From positions 7,130,001 through 7,194,000 of the forward strand of contig OZ024742.1 in assembly GCA_964016885.1 (NCBI GenBank): a DNA stretch of 64,000 nucleotides, in the 5' to 3' direction. Both the position numbers and the translations under genes were made by a program. Below the pieces are notes generated by a model. That model was not told the origin of the DNA. It saw only the letters and a list, made by a program, of their open reading frames with translations, and searched no databases. The DNA comes from Eledone cirrhosa. Taxonomy: Eukaryota. Positions 10,051-28,800 of this stretch are shown here, piece after piece (position 1 is the first letter of the stretch; every line of letters begins with the position of its first letter).

Positions 10051-13000
10051 CAACAGCAACAATGACAATAACAACAAAACCAACAACAGCAACAATGACA
10101 ATAACAACACAACCAACAACAGCAACAATGACAATAACAACACAACCAACAACAGCAACAATGACAATAACAACAAAACCAACAACAGCAACAATGACAA
10201 TAACAACACAACCAACAACAGCAAAAATGACAATAACAACACAACCAACAACAGCAACAATGACAATAACAACACAACCAACAACAGCAACAATGACAAT
10301 AACAACACAACCAACAATATCAACAATGACAATAACAACAAAACCAACAACAGCAACAATGATAATAACAACAAAACCAACAACAGCAACAATGACAATA
10401 ACAACACAACCAACAACAGCAACAATGACAATAACAACACAACCAACAACAGCAACAATGACAATAACAACAAAACCAACAACAGCAACAATGACAATAA
10501 CAACACAACCAACAACAGCAACAATGACAATAACAACACAACCAACAACAGCAACAATGACAATAACAACACAACCAACAATAACAACAATGACAATAAC
10601 AACACAACCAACAACAGCAACAATGACAATAACAACACAACCAACAACAGCAACAATGACAATAACAACACAACCAACAACAGCAACAATGACAATAACA
10701 ACACAACCAACAACAGCAACAATGACAATAACAACACAACCAACAACAGCAATAATGACAATAAGAACACAACCAACAACAGCAACAGTGACAATAACAA
10801 CACAACCAACAACAGCAACAATGACAATAACAACAAAACCAACAGCAGCAATAATGACAATAACGACACAACCAACAACAGCAACAATGACAATAACAAC
10901 ACAACCAACAACAGCAACAGTGACAATAACAACACAACCAACAACAGCAACAATGACAATAACAACACAACCAACAACAGCAATAATGACACTAACAACA
11001 CAACCAACAACAGCAACAATGACAATAACAACACAACCAACAACAGCAACAGTGACAATAACAACACGACCAACAACAGCAACAATGACAATAACAACAC
11101 AACCAACAGCAGCAACAATGACAATAACAACACAACCAACAACAGCAACAATGACAGTAAAACACAGCCAACAACAGCAACAATGACAATAAAACAAAAC
11201 CAACAACAGCAACAATGACAATAACAACACAACCAACAACAGCAACAATGACAATAACAACACGACCAACAACAGCAACAATGACAATAACAACACAACC
11301 AACACCAGCAACAATGACAATAACAATACAACCAACAACAGCATCAATGACAATAACAACACAACCAACAACAGCAACAATGACAATAACAACACAACCA
11401 ACAACAGCAATAATGACAATAAGAACACAACCAACAACAGCAACAGTGACAATAACAACACAACCAACAACAGCAACAATGACAATAACAACACAACCAA
11501 CAACAGCAATAATGACACTAACAACACAACCAACAACAGCAACAATGACAATAACAACACAACCAACAACAGCAACAATGACAATAACAACACAACCAAC
11601 AACAGCAACAATGACAATAACAACACAACCAACAATATCAACAATGACAATAACAACAAAACCAATAACAGCAACAATGACAATAACAACAAAACCAACA
11701 ACAGCAACAATGACAATAACAACAAAACCAACAACAGCAACAATGACAATAACAACACAACCAACAACAGCAACAATGACAATAACAACACAACCAACAA
11801 CAGCAACAATGACAATAACAACAAAACCAACAACAGCAACAATGACAATAACAACACAACCAACAACAGCAAAAATGACAATAACAACACAACCAACAAC
11901 AGCAACAATGACAATAACAACACAACCAACAACAGCAACAATGACAATAACAACACAACCAACAATATCAACAATGACAATAACAACAAAACCAACAACA
12001 GCAACAATGATAATAACAACAAAACCAACAACAGCAACAATGACAATAACAACACAACCAACAACAGCAACAATGACAATAACAACACAACCAACAACAG
12101 CAACAATGACAATAACAACAAAACCAACAACAGCAACAATGACAATAACAACACAACCAACAACAGCAACAATGACAATAACAACACAACCAACAACAAC
12201 AACAATGACAATAACAACACAACCAACAACAGCAACAATGACAATAACAACACAACCAACAACAGCAACAATGACAATAACAACACAACCAACAACAGCA
12301 ACAATGACAATAACAACACGACCAACAACAGCAACAATGACAGTAAAACACAACCAACAACAGCAACAATGACAATAAAACAAAACCAACAGCAGCAACA
12401 ATGACAATAACAACACAACCAACAACAGCAACAATGACAATAACAACACAACAAAACAACAGCAACAATGACAATAACAACACAACCAACACCAGCAACA
12501 ATGACAATAACAACACAACCAACAACAGCATCAATGACAATAACAACACAACCAACAACAGCACCAATGACAATAACAACACAACCAACAACAGCAATAA
12601 TGACAATAAGAACACAACCAACAACAGCAACAGTGACAATAACAACACAACCAACAACAGCAACAATGACATTAACAACACAACCAACAACAGCAATAAT
12701 GACACTAACAACACAACCAACAACAGCAACAATGACAATAACAACACAACCAACAACAGCAACAGTGACAATAACAACACAACCAACAACAGCAACAGTG
12801 ACAATAACAACACAACCAACAACAGCAACAATGACAATAACAACACAACCAATAACAACAAAACCAACAATATCAACAATGACAATAACAACACAACCAA
12901 CAACAGCAACAATGACAATAACAACACAACCAACAACAGCAACAATGACAATAATAACACGACCAACAACAGCAACAATGACAATAACAACACGACCAAC

Positions 13001-13619
13001 AACAGCAACAATGACAATAACAACACGACCAACAACAGCAACAATGACAATAACAACACAACCAACAACAGCAACAATGACAATAACAACACGACCAACA
13101 ACAGCAACAATTAAATAACAACACAACCAACAACAGCAACAATGACAATAACAACACAACCAACAACAGCAACAATGACAATAACAACACAACCAACAAC
13201 AGCAACAATGACAATAACAACAGAACCAGCAACAGCAACGATGACATTAACAACACAACCAACAACAGCAACAATGACAACAACAACATAACCAACAACA
13301 GCAGCAATTAAATTACAACATGACCAACAACATCAACAATGACAATAACAACACAACCAACAACAGCAACAATGACAATAACAACACAACCAACAACAGC
13401 AATAATGACAATAACAACACAACCAACAACAGCAAAAATGACAATAACAACACAACCAACAACAGCAACAATGACAATAACAACACAACCAACAACAGCA
13501 ACAATGACAATAACAACACAACCAACACCAGCAACAATGACAATAACAACACAACCAACAACAGCAATAATGACAATAACAACACAACCATCAATATCAA
13601 CAATGACAATAACAACACA

Positions 13620-16600
13620 ACCAACAACAGCAACAGTGACAATAACAACACAACCAACAATATCAACAATGACAATAACAACAAAACCAACAACAGCAAC
13701 AATGACAATAAAAACACAACCAACAACAGCAACAATGACAATAACAACACAACCAACAACAGCAACAATGACAATAACAACACAACCAACAACAGCAACA
13801 ATGACAATAAGAACACAACCAACAACAGCAATAATGACAATAACAACACAACCAACAACAGCAACAGTGACAATAACAACACAACCAACAACAGCAACAG
13901 TGACAATAACAACACAACCAACAACACCAATAATGACAATAACAACACAACCAACAACAGCAACAATGACAATAACGACACAACCAACAGCAGCAACAGT
14001 GACAATAACAACACAACCAACAACAGCAACAATGACATTAACAACACAACCAACAACAGCAACAATGACAATAACAACACAACCAACAACAGCAACAATG
14101 ACAATAACGACACAACCAACAACAGCAACAGTGACAATAACAACACAACCAACAACAGCAATAATGACAATAACAACACAACCAACAACAGCAACAATGA
14201 CAATAAAAACACAACCAACAACAGCAACAATGACAATAACAACACAACCCACAATATCAACAATGACAATAACAACACAACCAACAACAGCAACAATGAC
14301 AATAACAACACAACCAACAATATCAACAATGACAATAACAACAAAACCAACAACAGCAACAATGACAATAACAACAAAACCAACAACAGCAACAATGACA
14401 ATAACAACACAACCAACAACAGCAACAATGACAATAACAACACAACCAATAACAACAAAACCAACAATATCAACAATGACAATAACAACACAACCAACAA
14501 CAGCAACAATGACAATAACAACACAACCAACAACAGCAACAATGACAATAATAACACGACCAACAATAGCAACAATGACAATAACAACACGACCAACAAC
14601 AGCAACAATGACAATAACAACACGACCAACAACAGCAACAATGACAATAACAACACAACCAACAACAGCAACAATGACAATAACAACACGACCAACAACA
14701 GCAACAATTAAATAACAACACAACCAACAACAGCAACAATGACAATAACAACACAACCAACAACAGCAACAATGACAATAACAACACAACCAACAACAGC
14801 AACAATGACAATAACAACAGAACCAGCAACAGCAACGATGACATTAACAACACAACCAACAACAGCAACAATGACAACAACAACATAACCAACAACAGCA
14901 GCAATTAAATTACAACATGACCAACAACAGCAACAATGACAATAACAACACAACCAACAACAGCAACAATGACAATAACAACACAACCAACAACAGCAAT
15001 AATGACAATAACAAGACAACCAACAACAGCAAAAATGACAATAACAACACAACCAACAACAGCAACAATGACAATAACAACACAACCAACAACAGCAACA
15101 ATGACAATAACAACACAACCAACAATATCAACAATGACAATAACAACAAAACCAACAACAGCAACAATGATAATAACAACAAAACCAACAACAGCAACAA
15201 TGACAATAACAACACAACCAACAACAGCAACAATGACAATAACAACACAACCAACAACAGCAACAATGACAATAACAACAAAACCAACAACAGCATCAAT
15301 GACAATAACAACACAACCAACAACAGCAACAATGACAATAACAGCACAACCAACAACAGCAACAATGACAATAACAACACAACCAACAACAACAACAATG
15401 ACAATAACAACACAACCAACAACAGCAACAATGACAATAACAACACAACCAACAACAGCAACAATGACAATAACAACACAACCAACAACAGCAACAATGA
15501 CAATAACAACACGACCAACAACAGCAACAATGACAGTAAAACACTACCAACAACAGCAACAATGACAATAACAACACAACAAAACAACAGCAACAATGAC
15601 AATAACAACACAACCAACACCAGCAACAATGACAATAACAACACAACCAACAACAGCATCAATGACAATAACAGCACAACCAACAACAGCACCAATGACA
15701 GTAACAACACAACCAACAACAGCAATAATGACAATAAGAACACAACCAACAACAGCAACAGTGACAATAACAACACAACCAACAACAGCAACAATGACAA
15801 TAACAACACAACCAACAACAGCAATAATGACACTAACAACACAACCAACAACAGAAACAATGACAATAACAACACAACCAACAACAGCAACAGTGACAAT
15901 AACAACACAACCAACAACAGCAACAGTGACAATAACAACACAACCAACAACAGCAACAATGACAATAACAACACAACCAACAACAGCAACAGTGACAATA
16001 ACAACACAACCAACAACAGCAACAATGACAATAACAACAAAACCAACAACAGCAATAATGACAATAACGACACAACCAACAACAGCAACAGTGACAATAA
16101 CAACACAACCAACAACAGCAATAATGACAATAACAACACAACCAACAACAGCAACAATGACATTAACAACACAACCAACAACAGCAACAATGACAATAAC
16201 AACACAACCAACAACAGCAACAATGACAATAACAACACAACCAACAATATCAACAATGACAATAACAACAAAACCAACAACAGCAACAATGACAATAAAA
16301 ACACAACCAACAACAGCAACAATGACAATAACAACACAACCAACAACAGCAACAATGACAATAACAACACAACCAACAACAGCAACAATGACAATAACAA
16401 CACAACCAACAACAGCAATAATGACAATAACAACACAACCAACAACAGCAACAGTGACAATAACAACACAACCAACAACAGCAACAGTGACAATAACAAC
16501 ACAACCAACAACACCAATAATGACAATAATTACACAACCAACAACAGCAACAATGACAATAACGACACAACCTACAACAGCAACAGTGACAATAACAACA

Positions 16601-19600
16601 CAACCAACAACAGCAACAATGACATTAACAACACAACCAACAACAGCAACAGTGACAATAACAACACAACCAACAATATCAACAATGACAATAACAACAC
16701 AACCAACAACAGCAACAGTGACAATAACAACACAACCAACAATATCAACAATGACAATAACAACAAAACCAACAACAGCAACAATGACAATAAAAACACA
16801 ACCAACAACAGCAACAATGACAATAACAACACAACCAACAACAGCAACAATGACAATAACAACACAACCAACAACAGCAACAATGACAATAAGAACACAA
16901 CCAACAACAGCAATAATGACAATAACAACACAACCAACAACAGCAACAGTGACAATAACAACACAACCAACAACAGCAACAGTGACAATAACAACACAAC
17001 CAACAACACCAATAATGACAATAACAACACAACCAACAACAGCAACAATGACAATAACGACACAACCAACAGCAGCAACAGTGACAATAACAACACAACC
17101 AACAACAGCAACAATGACATTAACAACACAACCAACAACAGCAACAATGACAATAACAACACAACCAACAACAGCAACAATGACAATAACGACACAACCA
17201 ACAACAGCAACAGTGACAATAACAACACAACCAACAACAGCAATAATGACAATAACAACACAACCAACAACAGCAACAATGACAATAAAAACACAACCAA
17301 CAACAGCAACAATGACAATAACAACACAACCCACAATATCAACAATGACAATAACAACACAACCAACAACAGCAACAATGACAATAACAACACAACCAAC
17401 AATATCAACAATGACAATAACAACAAAACCAACAACAGCAACAATGACAATAACAACAAAACCAACAACAGCAACAATGACAATAACAACACAACCAACA
17501 ACAGCAACAATGATAATAACAACACAACCAATAACAACAAAACCAACAATATCAACAATGACAATAACAACACAACCAACAACAGCAACAATGACAATAA
17601 CAACACAACCAACAACAGCAACAATGACAATAATAACACGACCAACAACAGCAACAATGACAATAATAACACGACCAACAACAGCAACAATGACAATAAC
17701 AACACGACCAACAACAGCAACAATGACAATAACAACACAACCAACAACAGCAACAATGACAATAACAACACGACCAACAACAGCAACAATTAAATAACAA
17801 CACAACCAACAACAGCAACAATGACAATAACAACACAACCAACAACAGCAACAATGACAATAACAACACAACCAACAACAGCAACAATGACAATAACAAC
17901 AGAACCAGCAACAGCAACGATGACATTAACAACACAACCAACAACAGCAACAATGACAACAACAACATAACCAACAACAGCAGCAATTAAATTACAACAT
18001 GACCAACAACAGCAACAATGACAATAACAACACAACCAACAACAGCAACAATGACAATAACAACACAACCAACAACAGCAATAATGACAATAACAACACA
18101 ACCAACAACAGCAAAAATGACAATAACAACACAACCAACAACAGCAACAATGACAATAACAACACAACCAACAACAGCAACAATGACAATAACAACACAA
18201 CCAACAATATCAACAATGACAATAACAACAAAACCAACAACAGCAACAATGATAATAACAACAAAACCAACAACAGCAACAATGACAATAACAACACAAC
18301 CAACAACAGCAACAATGACAATAACAACACAACCAACAACAGCAACAATGACAATAACAACAAAACCAACAACAGCATCAATGACAATAACAACACAACC
18401 AACAACAGCAACAATGACAATAACAGCACAACCAACAACAGCAACAATGACAATAACAACACAACCAACAACAACAACAATGACAATAACAACACAACCA
18501 ACAACAGCAACAATGACAATAACAACACAACCAACAACAGCAACAATGACAATAACAACACAACCAACAACAGCAACAATGACAATAACAACACGACCAA
18601 CAACAGCAACAATGACAGTAAAACACTACCAACAACAGCAACAATGACAATAACAACACAACAAAACAACAGCAACAATGACAATAACAACACAACCAAC
18701 ACCAGCAACAATGACAATAACAACACAACCAACAACAGCATCAATGACAATAACAGCACAACCAACAACAGCACCAATGACAGTAACAACACAACCAACA
18801 ACAGCAATAATGACAATAAGAACACAACCAACAACAGCAACAGTGACAATAACAACACAACCAACAACAGCAACAATGACAATAACAACACAACCAACAA
18901 CAGCAATAATGACACTAACAACACAACCAACAACAGAAACAATGACAATAACAACACAACCAACAACAGCAACAGTGACAATAACAACACAACCAACAAC
19001 AGCAACAGTGACAATAACAACACAACCAACAACAGCAACAATGACAATAACAACACAACCAACAACAGCAACAGTGACAATAACAACACAACCAACAACA
19101 GCAACAATGACAATAACAACAAAACCAACAACAGCAATAATGACAATAACGACACAACCAACAACAGCAACAGTGACAATAACAACACAACCAACAACAG
19201 CAATAATGCCAATAACAACACAACCAACAACAGCAACAATGACATTAACAACACAACCAACAACAGCAACAATGACAATAACAACACAACCAACAACAGC
19301 AACAATGACAATAACAACACAACCAACAGTATCAACAATGACAATAACAACAAAACCAACAACAGCAACAATGACAATAAAAACACAACCAACAACAGCA
19401 ACAATGACAATAACAACACAACCAACAACAGCAACAATGACAATAACAACACAACCAACAACAGCAACAATGACAATAACAACACAACCAACAACAGCAA
19501 TAATGACAATAACAACACAACCAACAACAGCAACAGTGACAATAACAACACAACCAACAACAGCAACAGTGACAATAACAACACAACCAACAACACCAAT

Positions 19601-19720
19601 AATGACAATAATTACACAACCAACAACAGCAACAATGACAATAACGACACAACCTACAACAGCAACAGTGACAATAACAACACAACCAACAACAGCAACA
19701 ATGACATTAACAACACAACC
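13620..19720. repeat. Higher-order tandem duplication, period 3082 bp
   Basis: ORF pairs 13663/16745, 14470/17552, 14917/17999 and 16250/19332 are all offset by 3082; there are a few private substitutions, e.g. GCC at about 19208 and AAG at about 15013. Confidence 0.9.
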
Positions 19721-19899
19721 AACAACAGCAACAATGACAATAACAACACAACCAACAACAGCAACAATGACAATAACGACACAACCAACAACAGCAACAG
19801 TGACAATAACAACACAACCAACAACAGCAATAATGACAATAACAACACAACCAACAACAGCAACAATGACAATAACAACATAACCAACAACAGCAACAA

Positions 19900-22800
19900 T
19901 GACAATAACAACACAACCCACAATATCAACAATGACAATAACAACACAACCAACAACAGCAACAATGACAATAACAACACAACCAACAATATCAACAATG
20001 ACAATAACAACAAAACCAACAACAGCAACAATGACAATAACAACACAACCAACAACAGCAAAAATGACAATAACAACACAACGAACAACAGCAACAATGA
20101 CAATAACAACACAACCAACAACAGCAACAATGACAATAACAACACAACCAACAATATCAACAATGACAATAACAACACAACCAACAATATCAACAATGAC
20201 AATAACAACAAAACCAACAACAGCAACAATGACAATAACAACAAAACCAACAACAGCAACAATGACAATAACAACACAACCAATAACAACAAAACCAACA
20301 ATATCAACAATGACAATAACAACACAACCAACAACAGCAACAATGACAATAACAACACAACCAACAACAGCAACAATGACAATAATAACACGACCAACAA
20401 CAGCAACAATGACAATAACAACACGACCAACAACAGCAACAATGACAATAACAACACGACCAACAACAGCAACAATGACAATAACAACACAACCAACAAC
20501 AGCAACAATGACAATAACAACACGACCAACAACAGCAACAATTAAATAACAACACAACCAACAACAGCAACAATGACAATAACAACACAACCAACAACAG
20601 CAACAATGACAATAACAACACAACCAACAACAGCAACAATGACAATAACAACAGAACCAGCAACAGCAACGATGACATTAACAACACAACCAACAACAGC
20701 AACAATTACAACAACAACATAACCAACAACAGCAGCAATTATATAACAACACGACCAACAACAGCAACAATGACAATAACAACACAACCAACAACAGCAA
20801 CAATGACAATAACAACACAACCAACAACAGCAATAATGACAATAACAACACAACCAACAACAGCAATAATGACAATAACAACACAACAACCAACAACAGC
20901 AACATTGACGGTAACAACAAAAACCAACAACAGCAACAGTGACAATAACAACACAACCAACAACAGCAACAATGACAATAACAACAAAACCAACAACAGC
21001 AACAATGACAATAACAACACAACCAACAACAGCAACAGTGAAAATAACAACACAACCAACAACAGCAACAATGACAATAACAACACAACCAGCAACAGCA
21101 ACAATGACAAAAACAAGACAACCAACAACATCAACAATGACAATAATAACACAACCAACAACAGCAACAATGACAATAACAACAAAACCAACAACAGCAA
21201 CAATGACAATAACAACACAACCAACAACCGCAACAATGACAATAACAACACGACCAACAACAGCAATAATGACAATAACAAGAAAACCAGAGACAGCAAT
21301 AATGACAATAACAACACAACCAACAACAGCAACAATGACAATAACAACACAACCAACAACAGCAATAATGACAATAACAACACAACCAACAACAGCAATA
21401 ATGACAATAACAACACAACCAACAACAGCAACAATGACAATAACAACACGACCAACAACAGCAACAATGACAATAACAACACAACCAACAACAGCAACAA
21501 TGACAATAGCAACACAACCAACAATATCAACAATGACAATAACAACACAACCAACAACAGCAATAATGACAATAACAACACAACCAACAACAGCAACAAT
21601 GACAATAACAACACAACCAACAACAGCAACAATGACAATAACAACACAACCAACAATAGCAACAATTAAATAACAACAGCGACAATTAAATAACAACACA
21701 ACCAACAACAGCAACAATGACAATAACAACACAACCAACAACGGCAATAATGACAATAACAACACAACCAACAATATCAACAATGACAATAACAACACAA
21801 CCAACAACAGCAATAATGACAATAACAACACAACCAACAACAGTAACAATGACAATAACAACACAACCAACAACAGCAACAATGACAATAACGATACAAC
21901 CAACAACAGCAACAATGACAATAACAACACAACCAACAACAGCAACAATGACATTAACAACACAACCAACAACAGCAACAATGACAATAACAACACAACC
22001 AACAACAGCAACAATGACAATAACAACACAACCAACAATATCAACAATGACAATAACAACACAACCAACAACAGCAACAATGACAATAACAACACAACCA
22101 ACACTATCAACAATGACAATAACAACACGACCAACAACAGCAACAATGACAATAACAACACAACCAACAACAGCAACAATGACAATAACAACATAACCAA
22201 CAACAGCAACAATGACAATAACAACAAAACCAACAACAGCAACAATGACAATAACAACACAACCAACAACAGCAACAATGACAAGAACAACACAACCAAC
22301 AATATCAACAATGACGATAACAAAACAACCAACAACAGCAACAATGATAATAACAACACAACCAACAACAGCAACAATGACATTAACAACACAACCAACA
22401 ACAGCAACAATGACAATAACAACACAACCAACAACAGCAACAATGACAATAACAACACAACCAACAATATCAACAATGACAATAACAACACAACCAACAA
22501 CAGCAACAATGACAATAACAACACAACCAACAACCGCAACAATGACAATAACAACACAACCAACAACAGCAACAATGACAACAACAACACAACCAACAAC
22601 AATGACAATAATAACACATCCAATAACAGCAACAATGACAATAACAACACAACCAAAAACAGCAACAATGACAATAACAACACAACCAACAACAGCAACA
22701 ATGACAATAACAACACAACCAACAACAGCAACAATGACAATAACAACACGACCAACAACAGCAACAATGACAATAACAACACAACCAACAACAGCAATAA

Positions 22801-25800
22801 TGACAATAACAACACAACCAACAACAGCAACAATGACAATAACAACACAACCAACAACAGCAACAATGACAATAACAACACAACCAACAATAGCAACAAT
22901 TAAATAACAACAGCAACAATTAAATAACAACACAACCAACAACAGCAACAATGACAATAACAACACAACCAACAACGGCAATAATGACAATAACAACACA
23001 ACCAACAATATCAACAATGACAATAACAACACAACCTACAACAGCAATAATGACAATAACAACACAACCAACAACAGCAACAATGACAATAACAACACAA
23101 CCAACAACAGCAACAATGACATTAACAACACAACCAACAACAGCAACGATGACAATAACAACACAACCAACAACAGCAACAATGACAATAACAACACAAC
23201 CAACAATATCAACAATGACAATAACAACACAACCAACAACAGCAACAATGACAATAACAACACAACCAACACTATCAACAATGACAATAACAACACAACC
23301 AACAACAGCAACAATGACAATAACAACACAACCAACAATATCAACAATGATAATAACAACACAACCAACAACAGCAACAATGACAATAACAACACAACCA
23401 ACAATATCAACAATGACAATAACAACACAACCAACAACAGCAACAATGACAATAACAACACAACCAACAACCGCAACAATGACAATAACAACACAACCAA
23501 CAACAGCAACAATGACAACAACAACACAACCAACAACAATGACAATAATAACACATCCAATAACAACAACAATGACAATAACAACACAACCAACAACAGC
23601 AACAATGACAATAACAACACAACCAACAACAGCAACAATGACAATAACAACACAACCAACAACAGCAACAATGACAATAACAACACGACCAACAACAGCA
23701 ACAATGACAATAACAACACAACCAACAAAAGCAATAATGACAATAACAACACAACCAACAACAGCAACAATGACAATAACAACACAACCAACAACAGCAA
23801 CAATGACAATAACAACACAACCAACAATAGCAACAATTAAATAACAACAGCAACAATTAAATAACAACACAACCAACAACAGCAACAATGACAATAACAA
23901 CACAACCAACAACGGCAATAATGACAATAACAACACAACCAAACAATATCAACAATGACAATAACAACACAACCTACAACAGCAATAATGACAATAACAA
24001 CACAACCAACAACAGCAACAATGACAATAACAACACAACCAACAACAGCAACAATGACAATAACGACACAACCAACAACAGCAACAATGACAATAACAAC
24101 ACAACCAACAACAGCAACAATGACATTAACAACACAACCAACAACAGCAACAATGACAATAACAACACAACCAACAACAGCAACAATGACAATAACAACA
24201 CAACCAACAATATCAACAATGACAATAACAACACAACCAACAACAGCAACAATGACATTAACAACACAACCAACAACAGCAACAATGACAATAACAACAC
24301 AACCAACAACAGCAACAATGACAATAACAACACAACCAACACTATCAACAATGACAATAACAACAAAACCAACAACAGCAACAATGACAATAACAACACA
24401 ACCAACAACAGCAATAATGACAATAACAACACAACCAACAACAGCAACAATGACAATAACAACACAACCAACAACAGCAACAATGACAATAACAACACAA
24501 CCAACAATAGCAACAATTAAATAACAACAGCAACAATTAAATAACAACACAACCAACAACAGCAACAATGACAATAACAACACAACCAACAACGGCAATA
24601 ATGACAATAACAACACAACCAAACAATATCAACAATGACAATAACAACACAACCAACAATATCAACAATGACAATAACAACACAACCAACAACAGCAACA
24701 ATGACAATAACAACACAACCAACACTATCAACAATGACAATAACAACAAAACCAACAACAGCAACAATGACAATAACAACACAACCAACAACAGCAACAA
24801 TGACAATAACAACATAACCAACAACAGCAACAATGACAATAACAACAAAACCAACAACAGCAACAATGACAATAACAACACAACCAACAATATCAACAAT
24901 GACGATAACAACACAACCAACAACAGCAACAATGATAATAACAACACAACCAACAACAGCAACAATGACATTAACAACACAACCAACAACAGCAACAATG
25001 ACAATAACAACACAACCAACAACAGCAACAATGACAATAACAACACAACCAACAATATCAATGACAATAACAACACGACCAACAATAGCAATAATGACAA
25101 TAACAACACAACCAACACCAGTAACAATGACAATAACAACACGACCAACAACAGCAACAATGACAATAACAACACTACCAACAACAGCAACAATGACTAT
25201 AACAACACAACCAACAACACCAACAATGACAATAACAACACAACCAATAACAGCGACAATGACAATGTCAACAAAACCAACAACAGCAACAATGACAATA
25301 ACAACACAACCAACAACAGCAACAATGACAATAACAACACGACCAACAATATCAACGATGACAATAACAACACAACCAACAACAGCTACAATGACAATAA
25401 CAACACAACCAACAACAGCAACAATGACAATAATAACACGACCAACAACAGCAACAATGACAATAACAACACGACCAACAACAGCAACAATGACAATAAC
25501 AACACGACCAACAACAGCAACAATGACAATAACAACACAACCAACAACAGCAACAATGACAATAACAACACAACCAACAACAGCAACAATGACAATAACA
25601 ACACGACCAACAACAGCAACAATTAAATAACAACACAACCAACAACAGCAACAATGACAATAACAACACAACCAACAACAGCAACAATGACAATAACAAC
25701 ACAACCAACAACAGCAACAATGACAATAACAACAGAACCAGCAACAGCAACGATGACATTAACAACACAACCAACAACAGCAACAATGACAACAACAACA

Positions 25801-28800
25801 TAACAAACAACAGCAGCAATTAAATAACAACACGACCAACAACAGCAACAATGACAATAACAACACAACCAACAACAGCAACAATGACAATAACAACACA
25901 ACCAACAACAGCAACAGTGACAATAACAACACAACCAACAACAGCGACAATGACAATAACAACAAAACCAACAACAGCAACAATGACAATAACAACAAAA
26001 CCAACAACAGCAACAATGACAATAACAACACAACCAACAACAGCAACAATCACAACAACAACACGACCAACAACAGCAATAATGACAATAACAACACAAC
26101 CAACAACAGTAACAATGACAATAACAACACGACCAACAACAGCAACAATGACAATAACAACACTACCAACAACAGCAACAATGACAATAACAACACAACC
26201 AACAACACCAACAATGACAATAAGAACACAACCAACAACAGCGACAATGACAATAACAACAAAACCAACAACGGCAACAATGATAATAACAACACAACCA
26301 ACAACAGCAACAATGACAATAACAACATAACCAACAACAGCAACAATGACAATAACAACAAAACCAACAACAGCAACAATCACAATAACAACACAACCAA
26401 CAACAGCAACAATGACAATAACAACACAACCAACAACAGCAACAATGTCAATAACAACACAACCAACAACAGCAACAATGACAATAACAACAAAACCAAC
26501 AACAGCAACAATGACAATAACAACACAACCAACAACAGCAACAATGACAATAACAACACAACCAACAACAGCAACAATGACAATAACAACACAACCAACA
26601 ACAGCAACAATGACAATAAAAACACAACCAACAACAGCAACCATGACAATAACAATACGACCAACAACAGCAACAATGACAATAACAACACAACCAACAA
26701 TATCAACAATGACAATAACAACACAACCAACAACAGCAACAATGACAATAACAACACAACCAACAACAGCAACAATGACAATAATAACACGACCAACAAC
26801 AGCAACAATGACAATAACAACACGACCAACAACAGCAACAGTGACAATAACAACACGACCAACAACAGCAACAATGACAATAACAACACAAGCAACAACA
26901 GCAACAATGACAATAACAACACGACCAACAACAGCAACAATTAAATAACAACACAACCAACAACAGCAACAATGACAATAACAACACAACCAACAACAGC
27001 AACAATGACAATAACAACACAACCAACAACAGCAACAATGACAATAACAACAGAACCAGCAACAGAAACGATGACATTAACAACACAACCAACAACAGCA
27101 ACAATGACAACAACAACATAACCAACAACAGCAGCAATTAAATAACAACACGACCAACAACAGCAACAATGACAATAACAACACAACCAACAACAGCAAC
27201 AATGACAATAACAACACAACCAACAACAGCAATAATGACAATAACAACACAACCAACAACAGCAATAATGACAATAACAACACAACAACCAACAACAGCA
27301 ACAATGACAGTAACAACACAACCAACAACAGCAACAGTGACAATAACAACACAACCAACAACAGCAACAATGACAATAACAACAAAACCAACAACAGCAA
27401 CAATGACAATAACAACACAACCAACAACAGCAACAGTGAAAATAACAACACAACCAACAACAGCAACAATGACAATAACAACACAACCAACAACAGCAAC
27501 AATGACAATAACAACACAACCAACAACAGCAACAATGACAATAATAACACAATGAACAACAGCAACAATGACAATAACAACAAAACCAACAACAGCAACA
27601 ATGACAATAACAACACAACCAACAACAGCAATAATGACAATAACAACACAACCAACAACAGCAACAATGACAATAACAACACAACCAACAACAGCAACAA
27701 TGACAATAACAACACAACCAACAATAGCAACAATTAAATAACAACAGCAACAATTAAATAACAACACAACCAACAACAGCAACAATGACAATAACAACAC
27801 AACCAACAACGGCAATAATGACAATAACAACACAACCAACAATATCAACAATGACAATAACAACACAACCAACAACAGCAATAATGACAATAACAACACA
27901 ACCAACAACAGCAACAATTACAATAACAACACAACCAACAACAGCAACAATGACAATAACGACACAACCAACAACAGCAACAATGACAATAACAACACAA
28001 CCAACAACAGCAACAATGACATTAACAACACAACCAACAACAGCAACAATGACAATAACAACACAACCAACAACAGCAACAATGACAATAACAACACAAC
28101 CAACAATATCAACAATGACAATAACAACACAACCAACAACAGCAACAATGACAATAACGACACAACCAACAACAGCAACAATGACAATAACAACACAACC
28201 AACAACAGCAACAATGACAATAACGACACAACCAACAACAGCAACAATGACAATAACAACACAACCAACAACAGCAACAATGACATTAACAACACAACCA
28301 ACAACAGCAACAATGACAATAACAACACAACCAACAACAGCAACAATGACAATAACAACACAACCAACAATATCAACAATGACAATAACGACACAACCAA
28401 CAACAGCAACAATGACAATAACAACACAACCAACAACAGCAACAATGACATTAACAACACAACCAACAACAGCAACAATGACAATAACAACATAACCAAC
28501 AACAGCAACAATGACAATAACAACACAACCAACAATATCAACAATGACAATAACAACAAAACCAACAACAGCGACAATGACAATAACAACAAAACCAACA
28601 ACAGCAACAATGACAATAACAACACAACCAACAACAGCAACAATGACAATAACAACATAACCAACAACAGCAACAATGACAATAACAACACAACCAACAA
28701 TATCAACAATGACAATAACAACACAACCAACAACAGCAACAATGACAATAACAACACAACCAACAATATCAACAATGACAATAACAACAAAACCAACAAC